A program made the translations under genes and the position numbers. Of a DNA stretch of 64,000 nucleotides, positions 49,519-58,762 are shown one piece after another. The notes under the pieces are model-generated. The model ran no database searches and was not told the DNA's origin. It worked only from the letters and a program-made list of their open reading frames with translations. Position 1 is the first letter of the stretch. Each line of letters starts with the position of its first letter. Source of the stretch: Acidobacterium sp. GTDB lineage: Bacteria > Acidobacteriota > Vicinamibacteria > Vicinamibacterales > UBA2999. The DNA lies in the NCBI GenBank assembly GCA_002737365.1, contig NSIL01000004.1:128019-192018 (forward strand), written 5' to 3'.

Positions 49519-50691
49519 ATGCCCACGACTCGTCTCGCGCACCGCGCCGCGCTGAAGGACACGCGCGTCAATATCCGGCTGCAGGAGATCGCCGACAGCC
49601 TGCCGGACGTCATCCGGATGGGCCGCGGCGACCCCGATTTCGACACGCCCGCGCACATCGTGCGCGCCGGGCAGGAGGCGCTGGCCAAGGGCGCCACGCA
49701 CTACACCCACGCGCAAGGCATCCTGCCGCTCCGTCAGGCCATCGCCAAGGACATCCTGGCGCGCGGCGGCGCCAGCTACACGCCCGAGCAGATCGTCGTG
49801 ACGCCCGGCGCGCAGCAGGCGCTGTTCACCGTGGCGCTCGGCCTGCTCGATCTAGGTGACGAGATGCTGGCCGCCTGCCCGGGCTACCACCCCTATCACC
49901 AGGCCGCCGAACTGGCCGGTGGGCGGGTCGTCGACATCCGCACGACGATGGCCACCAACTTCACGCTGACCGCCGAGATGGTCGAGGCGCACCTCACGCC
50001 GAAAACGAAGATCCTCGTCGTCGTCAACCCGAGCAACCCGACGGGCACGGTCACGCCGCCCGGCGAGGTGGCGCGGATCGCCGCCGTGGCCAGGGCGCAC
50101 GACCTGCTCGTCATTTCGGATGAGATCTACGCCCAGCTGACCTACGGCGACGCCCGCATCCAGCCGGTGGCGTCGCTGCCCGGCATGGCCGAGCGCACAA
50201 TCACGATTTCGGGCTTCTCGAAGACCTACGCCATGACCGGCTGGCGGGTCGGTTACTTCGCGGCCCCGGCCGATCTCGTGCCGGCGCTGGCCGCGGTCCA
50301 CAACGGGCTGGCCATCTCGACCGCCGCGGTGAGCCAGCATGCCGCGTTGGCCGCGCTGACCGGCCCGCAAGACTGCGTGGCCGACATGCGCCGCACCTAC
50401 GATGAGCGCCGCGTGGCCCTGTGCGAAGGGCTCCGGTCGATGGGCATCCCCTACGCCGACCCGCAGGGCGCCTTCTTCGTCTACGCCAACGTCTCCGGCG
50501 TGGGCATGGGCGCGACCGCGTTCTGCGAGAAAGTGCTGCGCGAGGGCCGGGTGCTGGTGTTTCCGGGTGTCGTCTACGGCGACTACACCGACGACTTCGT
50601 GCGCCTGTCGCTGACCCAGCCGGTCGACAAGATCCGCGAGGCCTGTGCGCGCATGGCGGCAGTCGTCGCTTCGATACGGGAGAGCGCATGA
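49519..50691 (+). CDS. class I/II PLP-dependent aminotransferase (paralog of 40344..41522)
   Basis: 390 aa from ATG 49519. Blocks GRGDPDFDTP, NPSNPTG, FSKTYAMTGWRVGY. Confidence 0.9.
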   Translation: MPTTRLAHRAALKDTRVNIRLQEIADSLPDVIRMGRGDPDFDTPAHIVRAGQEALAKGATHYTHAQGILPLRQAIAKDILARGGASYTPEQIVVTPGAQQALFTVALGLLDLGDEMLAACPGYHPYHQAAELAGGRVVDIRTTMATNFTLTAEMVEAHLTPKTKILVVVNPSNPTGTVTPPGEVARIAAVARAHDLLVISDEIYAQLTYGDARIQPVASLPGMAERTITISGFSKTYAMTGWRVGYFAAPADLVPALAAVHNGLAISTAAVSQHAALAALTGPQDCVADMRRTYDERRVALCEGLRSMGIPYADPQGAFFVYANVSGVGMGATAFCEKVLREGRVLVFPGVVYGDYTDDFVRLSLTQPVDKIREACARMAAVVASIRESA

Positions 50692-51167
50692 AGTCCGACA
50701 ACCCGAATGTGAAGAGCATCAAGCACATGGCCTTTGCCGTGCGTGATGCCGCCGCGGCCCTGGCCGCGTACGCCCGCTTCCTGCACGTGCCGGCCGACAC
50801 GGAGCTGAAGGTCTACCCGAAGTCGCAGAACCGGGTGGCGCTCTTCAACTTGGGCGGCATCGAGTACCAGCTCTGCGAGTCGATGCAGTCCGACGGCCGG
50901 TTCGCGACGTGGATCAATCAGCGCGGCGCCGAAGGCCTGCATCACATTTGCTACGAGGTGGACGACATCGACGCCGCGCTCGCGCACGCGCAGGCGCAGG
51001 GCGCTTCGCTGCGCATCTGCCAGGCCTGCCAGAAGTACGGCTCGCACCCGCACCCCGAAGGCTGGGTGGCCTTCCTCGACAACGAGGCCGGCGGCATCGA
51101 GATCGAGTTCATGCAGGTCTACACGCCAGAACAGTTGAAGAAGTACCAGGAATTCCAAGGGATTTGA
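50688..51167 (+). CDS. VOC-superfamily protein (glyoxalase/dioxygenase/methylmalonyl-CoA-epimerase-like)
   Basis: 159 aa from ATG 50688 (ATGA overlap). Pattern IKHMAFAVRD...GLHHICYEVDDIDAA...IEIEFMQ is typical of a paired beta-alpha-beta-beta-beta module. Confidence 0.75.
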   Translation: MKSDNPNVKSIKHMAFAVRDAAAALAAYARFLHVPADTELKVYPKSQNRVALFNLGGIEYQLCESMQSDGRFATWINQRGAEGLHHICYEVDDIDAALAHAQAQGASLRICQACQKYGSHPHPEGWVAFLDNEAGGIEIEFMQVYTPEQLKKYQEFQGI

Positions 51168-52162
51168 TGATGCCTGCCGCCAAGACCGTCACTGTCGGTT
51201 CCGCCACTGCCGCGCCGGGCACCGTTGTTCGCGGCGCCATTCCGGTCACGACACTCGCCGGTGGCACGCCGCTCGAGATTCCCGTCGTCGTCATCAGCGG
51301 CGCCCAGGGCGGGCCCTGTTTCTGGGTCGATGGCGCGATTCACGGCGACGAGCCCGAGGGCCCACTGGCGTGCCAGATCGCGATGCGCGAGATCGATCCG
51401 GCGCAGCTCTCAGGTACGGTCGTGCTGGTGCCGGTCATGAACGTGCCGGCGTTCGAGGCCGCGCAGCGCGGCAACCCGCTCGATACCTTCAGCTACGACA
51501 TGAACCGGATCTATCCGGGACGGGCGAACGGCTACCTCACCGAACGGATGGCGGCGGCGCACGCCGCGGCCATGACCGCCACCGCCGATTTCGAGATCTC
51601 GATCCATTCGGGCGGCGCGCATTCGTTCCTCGACAAGGCGATCTTCGTCGACGAATCGCCAGCCTCGGTGGAGCTGGCGACAGCGATGGGGCCCGGCTGG
51701 GGCTGCATCATGTCGTCGTTCAATCCGAAGGGAAGTCCCATGGCCCACATGAAGGACTCGGGCAAGGTGGGAATCACCGTGGAACTGGGCGGGCGGTCGG
51801 CGACCTCGCCAAAGGAATTCGCGCGGGTGGGGCGCGAACTGGCGAATTCGATTCTGAATATCGTGCGGCACTACAAGATGTATCCCGGCGCGGCGGCCTA
51901 CCCCTCACCGCGTTACAAGGGGCAGCAAGAGGCGCTCTTGGCGGCGGCGTCGGGCCTGTTCCTGCCGGCGCCCGGCGTCGGCTTCCTGACGATGATGAAA
52001 AAGGGCGACGCCATCGCCCGCATCACGAACATCTTCGGCGACACGCTGGCCGAGCTCAGTGCGCCCGCCGACGGCATGATCTTCGGTCTGCGTGCCCTGC
52101 CGAACGTGACGACAGGCGAATGGTGCTGCTTCTACTGCAAGGTGGAAGGGACGCGGGACTAG
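51167..52162 (+). CDS. succinylglutamate desuccinylase/aspartoacylase (AstE/AspA, M14-like) family deacylase
   Basis: 331 aa, start overlaps the upstream stop (TGATG). Zinc-site block AIHGDEPEG, plus NRIYPG and ISIHSGG blocks. Confidence 0.8.
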   Translation: MMPAAKTVTVGSATAAPGTVVRGAIPVTTLAGGTPLEIPVVVISGAQGGPCFWVDGAIHGDEPEGPLACQIAMREIDPAQLSGTVVLVPVMNVPAFEAAQRGNPLDTFSYDMNRIYPGRANGYLTERMAAAHAAAMTATADFEISIHSGGAHSFLDKAIFVDESPASVELATAMGPGWGCIMSSFNPKGSPMAHMKDSGKVGITVELGGRSATSPKEFARVGRELANSILNIVRHYKMYPGAAAYPSPRYKGQQEALLAAASGLFLPAPGVGFLTMMKKGDAIARITNIFGDTLAELSAPADGMIFGLRALPNVTTGEWCCFYCKVEGTRD

Positions 52163-52169
52163 GACGGCT

Positions 52170-53093
52170 GTGACCAACAACGCGGCATCGGCGCGCGACT
52201 TCGTAGGCTACGGCGAGACGCCGCCCGATGTCTGCTGGCCGGGCGGCGCGCGCCTGGCCGTGAACATCGTCCTCAATTACGAAGAGGGTTCCGAGTACTC
52301 GATCGGGGATGGTGACGGCTGCTCCGATGCCACACTCACGGAAGTCGCGCAAGCGCGGGTGCCGCAGGGGCTGCGTGACCTGGCGGCCGAGAGCATGTTC
52401 GAGTACGGCAGCCGCGTCGGATTCTGGCGGATCTATCGGCTGTTTCGCGAACGCCGGCTGCCGCTCACGGTGTTCGCGGCGGCGCTGGCGCTCGAGCGCA
52501 ATCCCGCGGCGGCGCGCGCCATCGCGGCCACCGACTGGGATGTCGTGTGCCACGGCTGGCGCTGGATCGAGCAGTACCTGCTCGACGAGGCGACCGAGCG
52601 CGACCACATCGCCCGCGCGCATAACGCCGTCACGCGGCTCATCGGCCGGGCTCCCGAGGGCTGGTATTGCCGCTATGCGCCGTCGCCGCACACCCGCCGA
52701 CTGGTGGTCGAGCACGGCGGCTTTGGCTACGACAGCGACGCCTACAACGACGAACTGCCGTACTGGGTGACGGTGGCCGGCCGCCCGCACCTGGTGGTGC
52801 CGTATTCGCTGGTGACCAACGATGCCAAGCTCGTTGGCGGACCGCTCGTGACCGGCCGCGTGTTCGGTGAGTTCCTCATCGACAGCTTCGAGGAACTGCT
52901 GGCCGAGTCACGGCACCAGCCGCGGATGATGTCGGTGGGTCTGCACGCACGGGTCATCGGCCAGCCGGGACGGATTGGCGGATTGCGGGCCTTTCTCGAC
53001 CACATCGAGGGGCGCCCCGGCGCGTGGCTGTGCCGGCGCGGCGACATCGCTGCCCACTGGCGCACGCAGGTGCCGCCTGGAGCGTCCCGGTGA
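52170..53093 (+). CDS. puuE: PuuE-type allantoinase-like polysaccharide-deacetylase-family hydrolase
   Basis: 307 aa, GTG start. Collinear with my memory of PuuE: NYEEG.E, EYGSRVGFWRI, LPLTVFA, HGWRW, EGWY, FGYDSDAYNDELPYW, PHLVVPYSL.TND, MSVGLHARV.GQPGR. Confidence 0.7.
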   Translation: MTNNAASARDFVGYGETPPDVCWPGGARLAVNIVLNYEEGSEYSIGDGDGCSDATLTEVAQARVPQGLRDLAAESMFEYGSRVGFWRIYRLFRERRLPLTVFAAALALERNPAAARAIAATDWDVVCHGWRWIEQYLLDEATERDHIARAHNAVTRLIGRAPEGWYCRYAPSPHTRRLVVEHGGFGYDSDAYNDELPYWVTVAGRPHLVVPYSLVTNDAKLVGGPLVTGRVFGEFLIDSFEELLAESRHQPRMMSVGLHARVIGQPGRIGGLRAFLDHIEGRPGAWLCRRGDIAAHWRTQVPPGASR

Positions 53094-53590
53094 GGCTGCC
53101 GCTGCTGGCCCCGGACGTGGCGCTGTTCGCCCCCTTCGGCGAGTTCATCGACGTGCCCGCGCAGGTCGGCCTTCGGCGGATGTACAGCCAATGGCTGGCG
53201 CCCGTGGCGGGTCTGGCGCTGCAGTTCCACACCAACCGGGTCGCGGCCTCCACCCTGCCCTTGCGTGTCGATCGGGTCGAGCGCCATCCCCACGCCGCGC
53301 AGCTATTCCTGCCGCTCGTGGCCTCGCAGTACGTCGTGACCGTGATGGCGGCCGACGCGGCCGGGGCGCCCGATCCGGCCTCGGCGCACGCGTTCCTGCT
53401 GCCGCCCACCATCGGGGTCGTCTACCGGACCGGTGTCTGGCATGCCGGCATGACGGCACTCGATACGGAAGGGAGTTTTGCCGTGATGATGTGGCGCGGC
53501 GCCGCGGACGATGACGTCTTCGCCGCCATTCCGTCGGTAGTCGTCGACGCACCGGCAGCCGTTGCCTCGTCAGGAGGCAGGTATGGCTAG
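53090..53590 (+). CDS. allA: ureidoglycolate lyase (AllA) family protein
   Basis: About 166 aa from GTG 53090 (GTGA overlap). Family pattern ...F.PFGEFI......ERHP.A.Q.F.PL......V.V......P....AF....G..Y..GVWH......F.V.... Confidence 0.6.
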   Translation: MRLPLLAPDVALFAPFGEFIDVPAQVGLRRMYSQWLAPVAGLALQFHTNRVAASTLPLRVDRVERHPHAAQLFLPLVASQYVVTVMAADAAGAPDPASAHAFLLPPTIGVVYRTGVWHAGMTALDTEGSFAVMMWRGAADDDVFAAIPSVVVDAPAAVASSGGRYG

Positions 53591-54263
53591 CCATCCGTTC
53601 GCCACCACGCTCGCGCCGATCGAGCAGACGCCGCTCAAGGTGCAGATCGCCGACCAGTTGCGGCGTGCCATCGTGACCGGGCGGCTGCGCCCGGGCGCGG
53701 CGCTCGTCGAAACCGCGCTCGCCGAGCAGCTCAACGTCAGCCGGGCGCCGATTCGCGAAGCGGTGCAGATTCTCGAGAACGATGGCCTAGTCGAAACCGT
53801 GGCCTACAAGGGCAAGCGCGTCAAGCCGCTCACGGTGCGCGAGGTCGTCGAAACCTGCGAGATGCGCACGGTGTTCGAGGTCACGGCCGCGCGGCGTCTG
53901 CTCGCGCACGGCACGGCGGTCGACACGTTGTGGCAGCCCTGCCGCGTGATGGAGGAGGCCGCCGCCGCCGGCGACCGCGAGGCGCTGGTCGTGGCCGACG
54001 AGGCGTTCCACCGGCGGCTCATCGAGCTCTCCGGTCATGCGCTCCTGACCCAATTCTGGGCCGGCCTCTATCTGCGGATCCATCAGATCATGTCGCTGCG
54101 CAACGACCGCGACGTAAACCTAGTCGACATCGCCGCCAACCATCCGCCGATCGTCCGCGCGCTCGCCGCGGGGGACGGCGCACTGGCGGAACAGCTGATC
54201 GCCGCACATACCCACGCGCTGGCCAGTTTCGATCCGGCCAGCGTCGCGGAGTCCCTGACATGA
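53583..54263 (+). CDS. GntR-family transcriptional regulator (FadR/FCD subfamily)
   Basis: About 226 aa from ATG 53583. Winged-HTH block QIADQLRRAIVTGRLRPGAALVETALAEQLNVSRAPIREAVQILENDGLV, followed by an all-helical FCD-like C-terminal domain. Confidence 0.88.
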   Translation: MASHPFATTLAPIEQTPLKVQIADQLRRAIVTGRLRPGAALVETALAEQLNVSRAPIREAVQILENDGLVETVAYKGKRVKPLTVREVVETCEMRTVFEVTAARRLLAHGTAVDTLWQPCRVMEEAAAAGDREALVVADEAFHRRLIELSGHALLTQFWAGLYLRIHQIMSLRNDRDVNLVDIAANHPPIVRALAAGDGALAEQLIAAHTHALASFDPASVAESLT

Positions 54264-55177
54264 GGGAGCCACAGACCGTGCTCATCACCGGCGCCGGCGG
54301 GTTTGTCGGCAGCGCCCTGGCCGAGGGCTTCGCGGCGCTCGGCTGGCGTGTGATGGCCGTCGACCGGGCGTTCGACGAGGCGACCGGCCAGCGCCTGGCT
54401 GGCTGCGATTTGGTCACGGCAGAGCTCGGCGATATCGTGCCGGGCGACCTGCCGACCGCGGCGCTGGTGATTCACGCCGCGGCCATCACGACCCCAGCCG
54501 CCGATCTCGGCTGGACGCCGGCGGCCCATGTGGCGGCCAACACCAGGCCGCTCGTCTCGATGCTCGAATACGCGGCTCGCACGCGTCCGGCGGCCTTCGT
54601 GTTCGTGAGTTCGAGCGGCGTCTTTGCCGCAGGCGATGGCCACACCGAGCTGACCGACGCCGACCTGCCGACCGGCCATTCACCCTATGCCTCCGCCAAG
54701 CGCGCTGGGGAATTGCTGACGGTGGCGGCACTTGAAGGCCTGGCGGCGGCGCACGTGATTCGCTTGGGCTACCTGTATGGGCCGCACGAGACCGCGCGGC
54801 CGAGCCGGTCACGCACCTCGGCCGTGGCCCGCTGGCTGGCGGCAGCACGCGACGGGCAGCCGCTCGTAGTGCCATCCGATGACCCGCTTCGCGACTGGAC
54901 TTTCACCCCCGACCTGGCGCCGGTACTGGCGCGGCTGGCTGCGCTGCCGCCCGCCGGGCGGCCGGTGCATCTCTGCAGCCCCCACATGCTGAGGGACAGC
55001 GCCATGGCCGGCGGCATTGCCGCGCTTGTCCCAGGCGCCAAGTGCGTGACGGAGCCGGCCGCCGTGCCGGCGAAGCCGCCGATGCGCGCGTCGGATTTGT
55101 CGCGCCTGGGCGCCGTACGGTGGACCGCCCCAGACGCGGCGCTGGCGCGCCTGGTCGGCACGGAGGTCACGGCATGA
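54260..55177 (+). CDS. NAD-dependent epimerase/dehydratase-family (extended SDR) protein
   Basis: 305 aa from ATG 54260 (ATGA overlap). Rossmann motif ITGAGGFVGSAL and catalytic YASAK. Confidence 0.82.
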   Translation: MREPQTVLITGAGGFVGSALAEGFAALGWRVMAVDRAFDEATGQRLAGCDLVTAELGDIVPGDLPTAALVIHAAAITTPAADLGWTPAAHVAANTRPLVSMLEYAARTRPAAFVFVSSSGVFAAGDGHTELTDADLPTGHSPYASAKRAGELLTVAALEGLAAAHVIRLGYLYGPHETARPSRSRTSAVARWLAAARDGQPLVVPSDDPLRDWTFTPDLAPVLARLAALPPAGRPVHLCSPHMLRDSAMAGGIAALVPGAKCVTEPAAVPAKPPMRASDLSRLGAVRWTAPDAALARLVGTEVTA

Positions 55178-56211
55178 GCGTCGTGCGCGTCATCCTCGTC
55201 GGGCTGGGCGCCCGGGCCCGCATCTGGCGGCGCGTTGTGGCGGCGCGTCCCGACTGCCGGATCGTCGGTCTCGTCGACCAACGCGTAGACGCTGTGATGG
55301 CCGCGGTGGCCGAGACGGCCGGCGCCGTCGGCGGCGCGACGCTCGCCGAGGTCACGGCGCGCGTGGCGGCCGACGCCGTCATCCTCAGCACGCCGCCCGG
55401 CGGCCGTGACGACCAGATCGCCGCGGCATGCGCCGCCGGGCTCGCGATCCTGGCGGAGAAGCCGCTGGCCGACAGCGTCGAGGCCGCCGAGGCGCATGTG
55501 GCGACGGCCGCGCGCGCCGGCGTGTCGCTCGCCGTCGGGCTGAACTTCCGTTACCTGGCCGTGACCCGGGCACTCAAGGCCCTGCTCACGCCCGAGCAGA
55601 TGGGCCGTCCCGAGTTTGCGCACTTCACCTACGAACGCTGGCGCGATGGACGGCTGCCGCATCTGAATAAGTACCCGCTCACGATGGATCACCCGATGCT
55701 CTGGGAGCAGTCGATCCATCATTTCGATCTGATGCGTTTTGTCTACGATGCCGAGCCGACCACGATTTCGGCCCGCACGTTCAACCCGTCGTGGTCAATG
55801 TATCGCGGCGACGCCAACGTCTCAGCGCTCATCATCTTCACGGGCGGGCTCGAAGTGACGTATCAAGGTACGTGGGCGGGTAACTGGCAGCCCATGACGT
55901 TCAACTGGCGCACCGAAACGCCCCACGGCGTCGTCATCCAGGCCGACATGTTCGGCGCGCTCGGCTATGCGCGCCGTGATGACGCGGCCCTGACGCCAGT
56001 CACCCTGCCCGCCGTCGAACCGTGGGTGGACGACGCGGCGGCGCTCTTCGACGACTTCGCTGCCCACGTCCGTGACGGGGCGCCGCTGCCGTGCCCCGGC
56101 ACCGACCACGTGCGTTCCCTGCGCATGGTGGCGGCCTGCATCGAGTCATCGATGACCGGCCGCGCCGTCGATCCCCGTGTCCCAGGACTGCAAAGGACGA
56201 GCCCCTCATGA
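55174..56211 (+). CDS. Gfo/Idh/MocA-family oxidoreductase
   Basis: 345 aa from ATG 55174 (ATGA overlap). N-terminal Rossmann VRVILVGLGARA and the EKP motif (LAEKPLA). Confidence 0.82.
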   Translation: MSVVRVILVGLGARARIWRRVVAARPDCRIVGLVDQRVDAVMAAVAETAGAVGGATLAEVTARVAADAVILSTPPGGRDDQIAAACAAGLAILAEKPLADSVEAAEAHVATAARAGVSLAVGLNFRYLAVTRALKALLTPEQMGRPEFAHFTYERWRDGRLPHLNKYPLTMDHPMLWEQSIHHFDLMRFVYDAEPTTISARTFNPSWSMYRGDANVSALIIFTGGLEVTYQGTWAGNWQPMTFNWRTETPHGVVIQADMFGALGYARRDDAALTPVTLPAVEPWVDDAAALFDDFAAHVRDGAPLPCPGTDHVRSLRMVAACIESSMTGRAVDPRVPGLQRTSPS

Positions 56212-57773
56212 AACTGCGCTACCTCGCGGCCCTCGCCGCCGGCCTTGCCATTGTCGGTGCGGCGGTGATGATGATTCGGACCGGACCGCGTGCCGCCAGC
56301 ACGATCGTCGTCGGCCTGAGCGCCGACGTCGCCACCTTCGAGCCGGCCAACATCTCAAGCCGCGACAACATGAACATCGCGCACCACATCTTCGCGTCGC
56401 TGTTCACGCTGGATATGGACGGCCAGCATCGGCCCAATCTGGCGCGCGAGCTGGCCATCTCCGAGGACGGGCTGGCCTATACCTACACCTTGCGTGAGGG
56501 CCTGACCTGCCACGACGGTGAGGCGCTCACGGCCGAAGACGTCGCCTACACCTTCGCCCGCATCGCCAATCCGGCCAACAAGTTCACCGGCAACGCGCCT
56601 GGTTTCGTCTTCAGCTCGATTGGCTTCCGCAGCGCCGAGGCGCTCGACCCACAGCGCGTGCGCATCACGATCGCCCAGAAGCACCCCATCGCCTTCGGCC
56701 TGCTGACCGAGATCAGCATCCACTGCAAGGACAGCTACGAGAGGATGAGCCCCGACCAGGCGGCGACGTCGCCGATTGGCTCCGGTCCGTATCGGCTGGC
56801 GTCCTGGTCGCGTGGGGCCGAGGTCGTCCTCGAGAAAGCGGGGGAATCCGCGGTCGCTTTCGACCGTATCGTCTGGCGGATCATTCCCGAGGCCTCCACC
56901 CGCGCCGCCGAGCTGATGGCCGGCAACGTCGATATCATCGCCAACGTGGCGCCGGATCAGGTCGCCGCCATCAACCAGTCGGGCGTCGCGGCCGTGCAGT
57001 CGGTGACGAGTACCCGCCGCATGTTCATCGGCTTCAACCAGGCCGAGCAGTTTGGCAAGACGCCCGGCGGGCGGGCGATTCGCGATCCGCGGGTGCGACG
57101 CGCCCTGCAGTACGCGGTCGACGTCCCGACGATCTGCCGGCAGTTGCTGCAGGTCGAGTGTCAACGAGCCACCGGCCTCGTCAACGCGGTCAACGCCAAC
57201 AAGGCCCTGTCGCCCTATCCCTTCGAGCCGGCCACGGCCGAGCGGCTGCTCGATGAGGCCGGCTGGCCCCGCGTCGACGGGAAGATGCGCTTCGCGCTGA
57301 CGCTGCAGGCCGGCCGCGGCCGGTACCTGAACGATGTCAACGTCGTGCAGGCCATCGGCCAGTACCTGCGTGATGCCGGTGTCGACGTGACGGTCGAATT
57401 GCTGGACTGGGCCAGCGTCTTTCAGCCGCTCCTGCGCACGCGCACCGCCGGGCCGCTCTTCTTCATGGGCACCGGCGGCGGTCTGTGGAGCCCCATCTAC
57501 GACATGAACGATCTGGCGCGCGTGGACTCCGGCACCAACTACCCGAACTGGTCCGACCCACGCTGGTTCTCGCGCTGGGATGCCCTCACCGATGCCGCCA
57601 CGCCCGACGACACCCGCCGCATCGTCGACGAGATGCTGCAGGTCTTCTACGACGACGGCCCGTGGCTGCACTTGTACTTCCAGCCCGACTTCTACGGCGT
57701 GTCTTCACGCGTCGAATGGAAGGCCCGGCCCGATGAGCGGATCTACGCGTTCGACGCGAGGCCCAAGGGCTGA
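56208..57773 (+). CDS. ABC transporter substrate-binding protein, family 5 (peptide/opine/nickel type)
   Basis: 521 aa from ATG 56208 (ATGA overlap). Signal/anchor sequence present. Typical SBP_bac_5 blocks (LA.....DG..YTF.LR.G...HDG..LTAEDV.YTF). Confidence 0.88.
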   Translation: MKLRYLAALAAGLAIVGAAVMMIRTGPRAASTIVVGLSADVATFEPANISSRDNMNIAHHIFASLFTLDMDGQHRPNLARELAISEDGLAYTYTLREGLTCHDGEALTAEDVAYTFARIANPANKFTGNAPGFVFSSIGFRSAEALDPQRVRITIAQKHPIAFGLLTEISIHCKDSYERMSPDQAATSPIGSGPYRLASWSRGAEVVLEKAGESAVAFDRIVWRIIPEASTRAAELMAGNVDIIANVAPDQVAAINQSGVAAVQSVTSTRRMFIGFNQAEQFGKTPGGRAIRDPRVRRALQYAVDVPTICRQLLQVECQRATGLVNAVNANKALSPYPFEPATAERLLDEAGWPRVDGKMRFALTLQAGRGRYLNDVNVVQAIGQYLRDAGVDVTVELLDWASVFQPLLRTRTAGPLFFMGTGGGLWSPIYDMNDLARVDSGTNYPNWSDPRWFSRWDALTDAATPDDTRRIVDEMLQVFYDDGPWLHLYFQPDFYGVSSRVEWKARPDERIYAFDARPKG

Positions 57774-58762
57774 TGGGCATCCTGGTCGCGCGCCGGTTGC
57801 TGCAGAGCGTCGTCGTCATCCTTGGCGTCACGCTCATCAGCTTCATCGCCCTCCATGCCGGGGGCGATCCGACCTACCTGTTCGTCAGCGAGCGGGCGAC
57901 CACCGAGGAGATCGCGCTTGTTCGCCAGGCGCTCGGATTCGATCGGCCGCTGCATGTGCAGTACCTGAGCTTCGTGGCCGACCTAGCCCGCGGCGACTTC
58001 GGCACCTCGCTCTCGTACCGCCAGCCGGCGCTCGACATCGTGCTTGCCGCCTTTCCGGCGACGATCGAGCTGGCGGTGTTCGCCTTCGCGATCGCCATCG
58101 TCGTGGCCATTCCGCTCGGCGTCGTCGCCGCCCTCAACCGCGGTACGGCCGTGGACGGCTCGATTACGATGCTCGGGCTGCTGGGGCAGTCGATTCCGAA
58201 TTTCTGGATGGGGATCATGCTGATCCTCTTCTTCGGGCTCAACCTGCGCTGGTTTCCGATCTCCGGCCACGTGCCGTTCCTCGTGCCACTGCTGAACGGC
58301 GACCTCGCCACGGCACTGGGCAACCTGCCGCGCACCCTCTATTTCCTCGTCATGCCGGGCGTGGCGGTGGCCACCTATTCGCTGGCCCGCAATACCCGGC
58401 TCGTGCGCTCGTCGATGCTCGAGGTGCTGGGACAGGACTACGTGCGCACGGCGCGCGCCAAGGGCCTGTCCGAGCAGGTCGTAGTGGTGCACCACGCGCT
58501 GCGCAACGCCTGGCTTCCGGTGGTGACGATGATCGGCCTCGAGTTCGGCTTCCTGCTGGGCGGCGTCGTCGTGACCGAGACCGTCTTCAGCTACCCGGGC
58601 ATCGGGCGGCTGCTGTTCAATGCGATCAACCAGCGCGACATTCCGGTCGTGCAGGCCGGCGTCATCCTACTGGCCGGCAACTTCATTCTGCTGAACACGG
58701 CAGTCGATCTCGTGTACGCCCGGCTCGATCCGCGCGTGTCGCTGACCCGGGGGCGGCGATGA
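57773..58762 (+). CDS. ABC transporter permease (DppB/OppB-like)
   Basis: 329 aa, TGATG overlap with the SBP gene. N-terminus ILVARRLLQSVVVILGVTLISF and the EAA-loop region YVRTARAKGLSE. Confidence 0.9.
   Translation: MGILVARRLLQSVVVILGVTLISFIALHAGGDPTYLFVSERATTEEIALVRQALGFDRPLHVQYLSFVADLARGDFGTSLSYRQPALDIVLAAFPATIELAVFAFAIAIVVAIPLGVVAALNRGTAVDGSITMLGLLGQSIPNFWMGIMLILFFGLNLRWFPISGHVPFLVPLLNGDLATALGNLPRTLYFLVMPGVAVATYSLARNTRLVRSSMLEVLGQDYVRTARAKGLSEQVVVVHHALRNAWLPVVTMIGLEFGFLLGGVVVTETVFSYPGIGRLLFNAINQRDIPVVQAGVILLAGNFILLNTAVDLVYARLDPRVSLTRGRR

Noticed and set aside
56355-57671. 438-aa minus-strand ORF
   Set aside because: Antisense to the family-5 substrate-binding protein gene, with shadow composition.
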